NCBI GenBank assembly: GCA_963806485.1
Contig: CAWDXY010000001.1
Span: forward strand, 270,212 to 334,211
DNA length: 64,000 nt
From: an uncultured delta proteobacterium
GTDB taxonomy: Bacteria > Desulfobacterota > Binatia > Binatales > Binataceae
Direction: 5' to 3'
Shown: positions 36,295-45,000 of the stretch, piece by piece
How the letters are laid out: each line of letters begins with the position of its first letter
Position numbering within the stretch: position 1 is the first letter of the stretch
Translations under genes and position numbers: made by a program
The notes under the pieces: generated by a model
What the model saw: the letters and a program-made list of their open reading frames with translations, nothing else
The model's database searches: none
What the model was told of the DNA's origin: nothing

Positions 36295-37425
36295 TCACGC
36301 GGCCTCGACGGCTTTCACGCACAGCACCGCGGGCAGCCAATCCGCGATCGAATTCCAGCTTTCTCCTTCGTCGCGCGACGCGAACAGTTGGCCGCCGCGC
36401 GTGCCGAAATAGAGACCCGCGGGATCGAGGGTGTCGGACGCGAAGGCGTCGCGGAGCACGGAGAAGTAGCAGTCGCGCTGTGGGAGGCCAACCCCGAGCG
36501 GCTCCCATGACGCGCCGGCGTCGCGCGTTCGCCAGACTTTGACGGCGCCTTGGAGCGGCACGCGAAAGGTGTCGGACTCGAGCGGTATGAGATACGCCGT
36601 ATCGCCGCGGCTGGGATGGGCGACCAGGGGAAAGCCGAACACCGACGGCAGTCCCGCGGCGATATCGATCCACGAATCACCGCCGTCGTCGCTGCGATAG
36701 ACGCCGGGGTGATTCTGGAGGTAGATGCGCGCGGGATTTTTCGCGTCGTAGCGCATCTTGTGCGCGCATTGCGGACCGAAATGCGGAGCGTGCGGCGGAC
36801 CGCCTTCCATCTTCACGCCTTTGTTGCGGCGCGTCCACGACTCGCCGCCGTCGTCGCTGCGATACATGCCGGCCGACGAGATGCCGACGAGGATACGCTT
36901 CGGATCGCGCGGATCGGGCAGGATGGTATGCAGGCAGAGCCCGCCGGCGCCGGGCATCCAGTACGGACGCTCGGGATGATTGAGCAGCGACTCGACGGGC
37001 TGAAACGTCTGCCCGCGATCGTCGGAGCGATAGAGCGCGGCGGGATCGGCGCCCGCGAAGACCACGTCGGCGCCGATGAGCGGGGCGGGCTCGAGCGCCC
37101 ACACCGCATTCAACGTGAGACCGCTGCCAGCCGGGAACTTGACGTTGCCGTCTTCGGGCTCGTGCCAGTTCGCGCCGAGATCGTCCGACCAGCTCACCAG
37201 CGCACCCCAATGCATACTCATGTGGCCGACGAGGATGCGCGGCGCTCGCGTATCCGGAAGATACGCCGTCGAATAAACCGCCTGACCCTTGAAGTAGGGC
37301 CCGGCGATGCGGAACTGGCGGCGATTGCGATCGCTGCTGAAAATGAACAGGCCCTTGACGGTCCCGACAATCACGATCAGGTCGCCGCTTTGTGGCGTGA
37401 TTGATTCGGCGTGCTCCATAATCAC
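36295..37425 (-). CDS. BNR/Asp-box repeat beta-propeller protein
   Basis: Four S-x-D-x-G-x-S/T-W Asp-box repeats (RSDDGGESW, RSDDGGDSW, RTRDAGASW, SRDEGESW). Stop is 8 nt upstream of the MoaD-like start. Confidence 0.65.
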   Translation of the reverse strand: MIMEHAESITPQSGDLIVIVGTVKGLFIFSSDRNRRQFRIAGPYFKGQAVYSTAYLPDTRAPRILVGHMSMHWGALVSWSDDLGANWHEPEDGNVKFPAGSGLTLNAVWALEPAPLIGADVVFAGADPAALYRSDDRGQTFQPVESLLNHPERPYWMPGAGGLCLHTILPDPRDPKRILVGISSAGMYRSDDGGESWTRRNKGVKMEGGPPHAPHFGPQCAHKMRYDAKNPARIYLQNHPGVYRSDDGGDSWIDIAAGLPSVFGFPLVAHPSRGDTAYLIPLESDTFRVPLQGAVKVWRTRDAGASWEPLGVGLPQRDCYFSVLRDAFASDTLDPAGLYFGTRGGQLFASRDEGESWNSIADWLPAVLCVKAVEAA

Positions 37426-37449
37426 CTCGAGGACAAACGTCAGCGTAGT

Positions 37450-37920
37450 TCAGGCAGTTGCCAGGTATTCGGCGAGACAATCCAGCGCGCTGGTCCATCC
37501 GCCCTGGTGCAAATCGCGCGCCGTGACCGACTCGAAGACCGCGTTATGCAGAGTGAGCCGGGTCTTGCCGCCGAGATCCTCGAACAGCAGCGTCAGCGTC
37601 GTTTCGGGGCGCGTTGGATTGCCCTGCGCATCGGCCCAGCTCCCGACCATGACCAGCCGCTCGGGAGGGACAACTTCGCGATAGATGCCTTGCGTCCAGT
37701 GATCGCCGTCGGGTCCGAGCATGTGGATTCGGTAGGCGCCGCCCGGCCGCAGCTCGTTTTTGAGGACCTTGGCGGTGAAGCCTCGCGGACCCCACCAGTG
37801 CGCCATGTGCTCGCTCTCGGTCCAGGCTTTGAAGACAAGACTGCGCGGCGCGTCAAAGACGCGCTCGATCTTGAGCACGCGATCCGCAGGCTCGCTTACC
37901 AAGTTAACTGCTGCTCCCAT
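37450..37920 (-). CDS. SRPBCC-superfamily AHSA1 (activator of Hsp90 ATPase homolog)-domain protein, paralog 4
   Basis: RVFDAPRSLVFKAWTESEHMAHWWGPRGFT is a conserved AHSA1 N-terminal pattern. Confidence 0.75.
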   Translation of the reverse strand: MGAAVNLVSEPADRVLKIERVFDAPRSLVFKAWTESEHMAHWWGPRGFTAKVLKNELRPGGAYRIHMLGPDGDHWTQGIYREVVPPERLVMVGSWADAQGNPTRPETTLTLLFEDLGGKTRLTLHNAVFESVTARDLHQGGWTSALDCLAEYLATA

Positions 37921-37945
37921 AATAATTCTCCTTCAGTCGATTTCG

Positions 37946-38395
37946 TCAGGCGTCCGCCAGTAATTCGGCGAGATGATCGAGGGTTTCGGTCCATCCCTGT
38001 GGTGCACCGCGGGTCGAATCAGTTTCGATCGAGTAGGTCTGATGCACGGTAAGCTTGGTCTTGCCGCCTATAACGGTGAACGTCACCGTGGTGACCACTT
38101 CGTTCGTGTCGTTGTCCAACAAACTGCTCCAGACGATTCGCTCCGGCTTGACGATTTCGCGAAAGACGCCGTTCATCCAATGGTCCTTGCCGAAGCCGCG
38201 CATGCACAGCCGGAACTTTCCGCCGTCGCGGAAGTCCATCTCGCACTCCGGCACGGTGAAGTTGTTGGGCGCGAACCAACGCATCAGATGTTTGGGTGTA
38301 GACCACGCGAAGAAAACCAGCGGGCGGGGCGCGTCGAAGATGCGCGTGATGGTGAGCTCGCGATCGCCAACCGTAACTTCAGTGTTGGAAGTCAT
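37946..38395 (-). CDS. SRPBCC/AHSA1-domain protein, paralog 3
   Basis: RIFDAPRPLVFFAWSTPKHLMRWFAP. Overlaps paralog 2 by 4 nt. Confidence 0.75.
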   Translation of the reverse strand: MTSNTEVTVGDRELTITRIFDAPRPLVFFAWSTPKHLMRWFAPNNFTVPECEMDFRDGGKFRLCMRGFGKDHWMNGVFREIVKPERIVWSSLLDNDTNEVVTTVTFTVIGGKTKLTVHQTYSIETDSTRGAPQGWTETLDHLAELLADA

Positions 38396-38886
38396 CGGAT
38401 GCTCTCCTTAGTATGGGTCACATAATCGCCGAGGCGTCCGAGAGTCTGCTTAAGGCCCTCGACGGCGCCGAATTCTTCGATGACCGTGTCGCGCATGGCG
38501 GCTGACTCAAACAGCATCCGCGCCGTAAGCCTCGTCTTGTCGCCGGCGTCGGCGAAGGTCACCGTCATTTGAAATTGCGGGCCGGAGACATGCTTGTAAA
38601 CCAGTCGCTCGGGCTCGGCGATTTCGACATATACGACCTTGTTCTGATAATCGCGGCCGTCGGGGCCGTGCATGACGAAGCGCCAGACGCCGCCCGGTCG
38701 CACGTCCATCTCGTAAGTCGTGATGCTAAAGCCGTTCGGCCCCCACCATCGCGCGACATGTTGCGGGTCCGTCCACAACTTGAACACCAGCTCACGCGGC
38801 GCGTCGAAAACGCGGGTGACGACGATCTCGCGATCCGACGTATCGGCCGGCACGGAATCAGACGCCGTCGGCCTTGCGGAGGTCAT
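38392..38886 (-). CDS. SRPBCC/AHSA1-domain protein, paralog 2
   Basis: RVFDAPRELVFKLWTDPQHVARWWGPNGFS. Confidence 0.75.
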   Translation of the reverse strand: MTSARPTASDSVPADTSDREIVVTRVFDAPRELVFKLWTDPQHVARWWGPNGFSITTYEMDVRPGGVWRFVMHGPDGRDYQNKVVYVEIAEPERLVYKHVSGPQFQMTVTFADAGDKTRLTARMLFESAAMRDTVIEEFGAVEGLKQTLGRLGDYVTHTKESIR

Positions 38887-38964
38887 CGCGCTACTCCCTC
38901 GTTGGAGTTCACATACGGATTCAGTTGCATAGCTGTTCTCCTTCAGCCTGTTGGTGATGATGCA

Positions 38965-39486
38965 TCAAAGCGACGCCAGGTATTTGTCGAGCTTTTCGAG
39001 AGTCCCGTCGAAACCCTCTTCCATCCAATTGAGGTGATCCTCGAAAGTCTTGCGCTCCGACTCGGTCGCGTTTACCGGGACCATCCGCACGACCATCGTG
39101 GTCTTGCCCTGACGCTCGGTGAACGTCGACGTGCCCAGAATTTCGAGCGGCCAATTCGGGATCAAAGGATGCGGGATCGAATTGCCCTTCTCATCGGTGA
39201 ATGAAGAGACGCTCACCAGCCGCTCGGGCGCCACGATTTCGCGATAGACCCATTTGCCCCACATCTCGCGCCCGTCAGGCGTGCGCTGGCTGTAAAGAAA
39301 TATACCGCCGGGGCGCAGCTCGAGCTTGTGGACCTTTGAAGTGAAGCCTTTTGGCCCCCACCAGCGCTCCAGGCGGTCGGGCTCGGTGAGCGCTTTCCAT
39401 ACCAGCTCGCGCGGCGCGTCGAGGACGCGGGTGACGACGAGCTCGCGATCGGCGGGCTCGGAGGCGGCGCTACTTTTTGCGGCCAT
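38965..39486 (-). CDS. SRPBCC/AHSA1-domain protein, paralog 1
   Basis: Start at the Met of MAAKSSAAS with GGAGA RBS. RVLDAPRELVWKALTEPDRLERWWGPKGFT. Overlaps the arsR-like stop by 17 nt. Confidence 0.75.
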   Translation of the reverse strand: MAAKSSAASEPADRELVVTRVLDAPRELVWKALTEPDRLERWWGPKGFTSKVHKLELRPGGIFLYSQRTPDGREMWGKWVYREIVAPERLVSVSSFTDEKGNSIPHPLIPNWPLEILGTSTFTERQGKTTMVVRMVPVNATESERKTFEDHLNWMEEGFDGTLEKLDKYLASL

Positions 39487-39850
39487 TTTTTGTCTCCTTC
39501 TTTTGTGATTCGCGCTTCTGTAGCTCGCGCAGATAGTCCTCGAGGCGATCGAAGCTCTCCTCCCAGAAACGGCGATAGCGATCGAGCCAGTCCGAGGCGT
39601 CCTTGAGCGGACCGGCCGCGAGCCGGCACGGACGCCATTGCGCCTCGCGGCCGCGTTCAATCAGGCCCGCGCGCTGCAGCACTTTGAGGTGCTTGGAGAT
39701 GGCGGGCATGCTCATCTCGAAGGGCTCGGCCAGCTCGGATACGGAAGTCTCGCCCGACGCGAGGCGAGCGAGGATCGCGCGACGAGTGGGATCGGCTAGA
39801 GCCGAGAAAGTCGCGTTGAGGTGCTCGGACAACGTGTGCTGCTGAACCAT
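39470..39850 (-). CDS. ArsR/SmtB-family metalloregulatory transcriptional repressor
   Basis: winged-HTH LADPTRRAILARLASGETSVSELAEPFEMSMPAISKHLKVLQRAGLI. Confidence 0.8.
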   Translation of the reverse strand: MVQQHTLSEHLNATFSALADPTRRAILARLASGETSVSELAEPFEMSMPAISKHLKVLQRAGLIERGREAQWRPCRLAAGPLKDASDWLDRYRRFWEESFDRLEDYLRELQKRESQKKETKNGRKK

Positions 39851-39854
39851 TCAG

Positions 39855-39877
39855 TTAAATAACCTATGGGTTAAATA
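39855..39877. promoter_or_regulatory. Candidate ArsR operator (imperfect inverted repeat TTAAATAACC-TATG-GGTTAAATA)
   Basis: Inverted repeat with TAACC/GGTTA core arms, 5-27 nt upstream of the arsR-like start codon. Confidence 0.35.
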
Positions 39878-39940
39878 CATCCGGTCACGGCGTATGTCAA
39901 GTGGTGCCCCGCGGCTATTTTTTTCAGAATCCGAAGCTGC

Positions 39941-40828
39941 TCAGATCGATTTGTACCAATCGGCGAGCGCGCTTCCGATCTCGTGCGGCGAATCTTCCTG
40001 GATGAAGTGGATGCCCTTGACCGTCACCTCGCGCTGATTCGGCCATTTGCGGCAGTATTCGCGCTGGGCGCCGGTCAGGATGGCGCCGGGGTCGGCGTTG
40101 ACGAACAACTTCGGTGTCGCGCTTTTTTCGAGCCATCGCGAATAGCGGTCGGCGATCGCGACGACGTCGGCGGGCTCGCCTTCGAGCGGAATTTCGCGCG
40201 GCCAGGTGAGCGTTGGGCGCCGCGACTCGCCGGGCTGCAGGAATGGCTTTCGGTACACGTTCATTTCCTCGTCGCTGAGCTTGCGGATGACGCTGCGGGG
40301 CAGGATGACTTCGACGAAAAAATTATTTTTCAAAATCATGTCGTCGCCCGCCGGGGTGCGAAGCGCCTTGAAGACATTGACGGCCGCATTCGACCATTCC
40401 GACCATAGCAACGGCCTGACTAGCGCCTCCATGTACGCGATTCCCTTGACGGACTCGGGATGCCGCGCGGCCCAGTGAAAGCCCAGCGCCGATCCCCAGT
40501 CGTGCACGACCAGCGTGACGTTGCGCTTGAGATTGAGGCCCTCGAAGAACGCGTCGAGATGGCGCGAGTGATCCTCGAAGCGATACGCGCCGGTCGCAGA
40601 CGGCCCCGACGCGCCCATCCCGATGAGGTCGGGCGCGAGGCATCGCGCATGCGGCGCGAGGTGCGGGATTATGTTGCGCCACAAGTATGACGAGGTCGGA
40701 TTGCCGTGGAGAAACACGATCGGAACGCCGGCGCCGGTGTCCGCGTATGAGATCCAGGTGTTGACGAGCTCGAGCTTTTTGCGCGGATGCAGATCCGCCG
40801 CGGAAATTGTCGTGTCGATGTCGCTCAT
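39941..40828 (-). CDS. Haloalkane dehalogenase (alpha/beta-hydrolase, HLD-II-like)
   Basis: VPIVFLHGNPTSSYLWRNIIPHL, nucleophile elbow VVHDWGSALGF, C-terminal HFIQEDSP. Start at the Met of MSDIDTT with GGAGG RBS; the 80-aa upstream extension was rejected. Confidence 0.8.
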   Translation of the reverse strand: MSDIDTTISAADLHPRKKLELVNTWISYADTGAGVPIVFLHGNPTSSYLWRNIIPHLAPHARCLAPDLIGMGASGPSATGAYRFEDHSRHLDAFFEGLNLKRNVTLVVHDWGSALGFHWAARHPESVKGIAYMEALVRPLLWSEWSNAAVNVFKALRTPAGDDMILKNNFFVEVILPRSVIRKLSDEEMNVYRKPFLQPGESRRPTLTWPREIPLEGEPADVVAIADRYSRWLEKSATPKLFVNADPGAILTGAQREYCRKWPNQREVTVKGIHFIQEDSPHEIGSALADWYKSI

Positions 40829-40910
40829 AATCGAAGCCTCCTTACCTTGATTTTGTCTATCAAAGGAGCGTTCTTGACCCAATGTTGGCCGTTTGGCTAA
40901 TTTATAGGTC

Positions 40911-41543
40911 ATGCGATCAGAAATTATCTCAGACGGCCAAGGAGGCCGTTCCTTCATTGAAACTGCTCGCCGGGCGCAACTGGTCGAATGCGCAATCGAT
41001 GCGATCGCCGAGCTCGGATATGCGAACGCTTCCCTGGCCGAGATTGCGAGGCGGGCGGGCGTCAGCAAGGGCGTGATCTCCTATCACTTCGCCGACAAAC
41101 GCGAACTTATCCAGCAAGTCATCAGCACGGTGTTGGAGAAAGCCGGCGCCGTGATGCTGCCACGGATCTTCGCTGAGCGCACGGCGGCTGGCATGCTGCG
41201 AGCATATATCGAGAGCAATGTCGAGTTTCTCGATTCTCACCGCAACGACATCATGGCGGTGATGAACATCGCAGGGGGCGCCCGCGGAGACGATGGCAAG
41301 CCCATGATCGATCTCACGCTGACCTTCGAGCCGGCGGTGCGCGAGCTGCAAAACCTGCTGCGCTCCGGACAGGAGCAGGGCGAGTTTCGGGAATTCTCGA
41401 CCCGGGTGATGGCGGTGACGATCCGGAATGCGATCGACGCGCTGTCGCCGCAGCTGGCCGCATACCCGGACCTCGATCTCAAGATCTATGCGAACGAATT
41501 GGCAACGCTGTTCAACGTCGCGACTCGTAAGTCGCCGGTGTAG
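40911..41543 (+). CDS. TetR-family transcriptional regulator
   Basis: HTH LAEIARRAGVSKGVISYHFADKRELI. Confidence 0.75.
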   Translation: MRSEIISDGQGGRSFIETARRAQLVECAIDAIAELGYANASLAEIARRAGVSKGVISYHFADKRELIQQVISTVLEKAGAVMLPRIFAERTAAGMLRAYIESNVEFLDSHRNDIMAVMNIAGGARGDDGKPMIDLTLTFEPAVRELQNLLRSGQEQGEFREFSTRVMAVTIRNAIDALSPQLAAYPDLDLKIYANELATLFNVATRKSPV

Positions 41544-41555
41544 GAGGGAACTCCG

Positions 41556-42812
41556 ATGGCATCTTCAGCAGCGGTATTGCAGCTCAAGTCGGAATCGATC
41601 GAGCAGGCGGGGAGGCAGCCCGGCGACGCCGCGCGGCCGGGATACAACGTCGCGCTCGGGTATCTTCGCGGATTTCTCGTCGTGATGGTGCTGGCGCATC
41701 ATTCGGTGCTCGCGTACATCGACGTGCCGCTGACCCAAGCCAAATCGCTGCTGACGCAGCCGCAATATTGGCGCGCCTTCATGGTGATAGATCATCAGCA
41801 CTGGACGGGATTCGGTCTTTTCACCGGCTTCAACGACGATTTCTTCATGTCGCTGATGTTTTTCGTCTCCGGGTTGTTCGTATGGTCGAGCCTTCAACGC
41901 AAAGGCAACGCGAGCTTCGTCCGCGATCGACTGCTGCGCCTCGGTATCCCATTTCTGTTCGCGGCAGCGATCATCGCTCCCGCCGCATACTATCCGACCT
42001 ATCTGCTCACGACCGGCGCACACAGTGTGGCCGATTACATTCACGATTGGATGTCGTTTGGTGATTGGCCAACGGGCCCGGCGTGGTTCATCTGGCTATT
42101 GCTCGCGTTCGATCTCGCCGCAGCGGCGTTGTTTGCCATCGCGCCGAACTTTGGTGGAACGCTAGGGCGTCTTGCGTCGAAAGCGCACGAGCATCCGGTG
42201 CGCTTCTTTCTGCTGTTGGTCGCCGCTTCCGCTGCAGTCTTCATTCCGATGAGCGTCATCGTCGGCCCGGAGGGTTGGACCAGCATCGGACCGTTTCAGT
42301 TCCAGACCGCCCGGTTGTTTCACTACGCGGTCTATTTTTTGTCCGGAATCGGCGTTGGCGCCTACGGGATCGAGCGCGGCCTGCTCGCGCCTGACGGGAA
42401 GCTCGCTCGGCATTGGGCGCGATGGACCGCCTGGATGGTCTTCGCGTTCGTCTCGAGCGTGGTTTTCTTCCTGATAGTGATATCGCAGAAAGGCGGGATA
42501 TCGGTAAACACCGCGAACCTGATCGGCGGCGCATTTTACGCACTCGCCTGCGGCTCGATCTCGTTCGCTTTCCTCGCGCTGTTCGTGCGCTTCGCCACAC
42601 GGCGCCGTTGGATCTACGACAGCCTCAGCGACAACGAATACGGGATGTACCTAATCCACTACATGTTCGTCTCGTGGCTGCAGCTCGCGATGCTACGGTC
42701 ATCACTCCTGGCGATCGAAAAAGGAATCCTGGTGTTCGCCGGAGTACTCCTGCTGAGCTGGGGCGCTAGCGCGGCTGTGCGCAGCATTCCGGGCGTATCG
42801 CGGATAGTTTAG
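41556..42812 (+). CDS. Acyltransferase family 3 (OpgC/OafA-like) integral membrane O-acyltransferase
   Basis: About 10 TM helices, N-terminal LRGFLVVMVLAHHS motif typical of acyltransferase_3. Confidence 0.7.
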   Translation: MASSAAVLQLKSESIEQAGRQPGDAARPGYNVALGYLRGFLVVMVLAHHSVLAYIDVPLTQAKSLLTQPQYWRAFMVIDHQHWTGFGLFTGFNDDFFMSLMFFVSGLFVWSSLQRKGNASFVRDRLLRLGIPFLFAAAIIAPAAYYPTYLLTTGAHSVADYIHDWMSFGDWPTGPAWFIWLLLAFDLAAAALFAIAPNFGGTLGRLASKAHEHPVRFFLLLVAASAAVFIPMSVIVGPEGWTSIGPFQFQTARLFHYAVYFLSGIGVGAYGIERGLLAPDGKLARHWARWTAWMVFAFVSSVVFFLIVISQKGGISVNTANLIGGAFYALACGSISFAFLALFVRFATRRRWIYDSLSDNEYGMYLIHYMFVSWLQLAMLRSSLLAIEKGILVFAGVLLLSWGASAAVRSIPGVSRIV

Positions 42813-42911
42813 CGACTCGCGCGCAATCGCCGTTTCGCGTTTGCCCTCGCGGGCGCGGCGGGCGCACAATCGCGGCTGTCAGCAACGCCGACTATCGCGA
42901 GGACGAATCCG

Positions 42912-44525
42912 ATGGCCGAGAATCGCAAGCGAAAGTTCTGGGGATGGGGCTACGAGGACCAGGGGCCGACTCCCGAACAGCAAAAGCACATGGCCGAGCG
43001 GATGGCCAAGCGATTCGGGCTCGGACCGCTAGAGCTAACGCCGCCGCCGAAGGAAAGCGAGCTGAATCTGCGCGCGCCGCGCGTGAAACCGCCGTCGGCG
43101 CTGGAGGCGATTTGCTCGACAGCGACGCATGAGCGCGCGGGACATACGTACGGCAAGGGGTCGCGCGATATCAGGCGGGCGTTCCGGCGCGACTATCCGA
43201 ATCCGATCGACATCGTCGCATTTCCGCACGATGAGAAAGAACTTATCGGCGTGCTCGAATGGTGCGACGGCGCGAATATCGCGGCGGTGCCGTATGGCGG
43301 CGGCTCGAGCGTCGTTGGCGGAGTCGAGCCGCCGGAAGGCGACCGTTATCGCGGCGCGGTATCGATCGATCTGATGCATCTGGACAAAGTCGTGGAAGTC
43401 GACAAGGTCTCGCGCGCGGCGCGAATCCAGGCTGGTGTGTATGGGCCAGCGCTCGACGCGCAGTTGAAGCCGCATGGCCTGACGATTCGGCATTTCCCGC
43501 AGTCGTTCGAATTCTCGACGCTGGGCGGATGGATCGCGACGCGGTCCGGCGGGCATTTCGCGACGCTCTTTACGCATATCGACGACTTCGTCGAATCGCT
43601 GCGGGTCGTGACGCCGACTGGAATCGTCGAGTCGCGCCGCTTGCCCGGCTCAGGCGCGGGTCCGAGCCCGGACCGGATGTTCATCGGCTCGGAGGGAATT
43701 CTCGGCATCATCACCGAGGCGTGGATGCGGCTCCAGGACCGGCCGACGTTTCGCGCGGGCGCGTCGGTGCCGTTTCCAAGTATTTTCAAGGCGGCGGATG
43801 CAGTACGTCAGATTTCGCAGGCGGGAATCTATCCCGCGAATTGCCGCGTGCTCGACGAAGGCGAGGCGTTCAATTCCGGCGCGGGCAACGGCGACGAGGC
43901 CGTGCTGGTGCTGGCGTTCGAGTCCGCCGATCATCCGCTGGAACCGTGGATGAAGCGGGCGCTCGAGTGCTGCGCCGATCACGGCGGGAAAATTCCGACG
44001 GACGCGGAGAAGACTCGCACCGACGCCGAGGCGACGCATGAAGGATCGGCGGGCGCGTGGCGCAACGCGTTTCTGAACGCGCCGTACCTGATGGACACGG
44101 TGGCCGCGATGGGAATGGTGAGCGACACGTTCGAGACGTCGATCACGTGGGAGCGATTTCCGGAATTTCATCGCCAGATGATGGAGTGCGCGCGCGAGGC
44201 GATCGCGCGAGTGTGTGGCAAGGGCACGGTGACGTGCCGATTCACGCACGTTTATCCTGACGGGCCGGCGCCGTACTACACGATCCTTGCACCGGGCAAG
44301 CGCGGCTCGGAGATCAAGCAGTGGGACGAAATAAAGGCGGCGGTGTCGGACAAGCTAATCGCGATTGGCGGCACGATCACGCATCATCACGCGGTCGGCC
44401 GGTATCATCGGCCGTGGTACGACCGGCAGCGACCGGATGGATTTGCGCTCGCGCTGAAGGCGGCGAAACGCGCGCTCGATCCGCGCGGGATTCTCAATCC
44501 GGGCGTGCTAATCGATCCCGATTGA
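42912..44525 (+). CDS. FAD-linked oxidase (PCMH-type FAD-binding domain), alkyl-DHAP synthase / D-lactate dehydrogenase-like
   Basis: KRKFWGWGYED N-terminus and FAD-binding region (VPYGGGSSVVGG), 537 aa, FAD-oxidase C-terminal domain. Confidence 0.65.
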   Translation: MAENRKRKFWGWGYEDQGPTPEQQKHMAERMAKRFGLGPLELTPPPKESELNLRAPRVKPPSALEAICSTATHERAGHTYGKGSRDIRRAFRRDYPNPIDIVAFPHDEKELIGVLEWCDGANIAAVPYGGGSSVVGGVEPPEGDRYRGAVSIDLMHLDKVVEVDKVSRAARIQAGVYGPALDAQLKPHGLTIRHFPQSFEFSTLGGWIATRSGGHFATLFTHIDDFVESLRVVTPTGIVESRRLPGSGAGPSPDRMFIGSEGILGIITEAWMRLQDRPTFRAGASVPFPSIFKAADAVRQISQAGIYPANCRVLDEGEAFNSGAGNGDEAVLVLAFESADHPLEPWMKRALECCADHGGKIPTDAEKTRTDAEATHEGSAGAWRNAFLNAPYLMDTVAAMGMVSDTFETSITWERFPEFHRQMMECAREAIARVCGKGTVTCRFTHVYPDGPAPYYTILAPGKRGSEIKQWDEIKAAVSDKLIAIGGTITHHHAVGRYHRPWYDRQRPDGFALALKAAKRALDPRGILNPGVLIDPD

Positions 44526-44549
44526 GCTGATCGCCGGATTGAGCGGCGT

Positions 44550-44741
44550 CTAGTGGCCTGTGCGGCGGCGATAACGCTCGATTACAAACACGGCCGAGCC
44601 AGCCAGCAACGCCAACCCAGCGATGCTCAGGCTCGGATCGAGCTCGGGCGCAGTGCCGACGATACCCGCTAACGCGGCTTCAGGTACGAGAACGAATACA
44701 ATCGATGCCACGACCACCGCGACTCGCAATGCATCCTTCAT
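44550..44741 (-). CDS. Mini-protein: signal peptide plus VPEID-like (APELD) C-terminal sorting domain, copy 1
   Basis: MKDALRVAVVVASIVFVLVPEAALAG-IVGT-APELDPSLSIAGLALLAGSAVFVIERYRRRTGH: signal peptide, about 5 residues, then xPE[IL]D motif + TM helix + Arg-rich tail. Confidence 0.5.
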   Translation of the reverse strand: MKDALRVAVVVASIVFVLVPEAALAGIVGTAPELDPSLSIAGLALLAGSAVFVIERYRRRTGH

Positions 44742-44779
44742 CGAATCTGATCCTCCCAACGATGCGCGCGATCCATGTC

Positions 44780-44968
44780 CTACTTCGTGCGGTGGCGATA
44801 ACGCTCGATTACAAAGACGGCCGCACCACCCAGCAACGCCAACCCTGCGACACTCAGGCTGGGGTCGAGCTCAGGCGCCGACGGGCCAAGACCCGCCAGC
44901 GCCGCTCCAGGTGCGAGAACGAATACGATTAATGTAACGACCTCCGCGAGTCGCGATGCACCCTTCAT
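44780..44968 (-). CDS. Mini-protein: signal peptide plus VPEID-like (APELD) C-terminal sorting domain, copy 2
   Basis: MKGASRLAEVVTLIVFVLAPGAALAG-LGPS-APELDPSLSVAGLALLGGAAVFVIERYRHRTK; tandem paralog of copy 1. Confidence 0.5.
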   Translation of the reverse strand: MKGASRLAEVVTLIVFVLAPGAALAGLGPSAPELDPSLSVAGLALLGGAAVFVIERYRHRTK

Positions 44969-45000
44969 CGAAGCTTCCCCTCCCCAATGATACGACACGT

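Noticed and set aside
36002-36673. 223-aa ORF containing the MoaD-like sequence
   Set aside because: N-terminal 129 residues are Arg-rich and overlap the BNR gene. Only the C-terminal 94 aa (36002-36286) form a MoaD/ThiS-like protein.
39941-41068. 375-aa version of the dehalogenase ORF
   Set aside because: An 80-aa N-terminal extension lacks homology and would overlap the divergent TetR promoter region. A Met with GGAGG RBS at 40828 fits the dehalogenase family N-terminus.
44623-44937. 104-aa plus-strand ORF opposite the mini sorting-signal proteins
   Set aside because: Low-complexity Thr/Ala/Pro-rich translation. The minus-strand reading gives two paralogous, well-formed signal peptide plus sorting-signal proteins.
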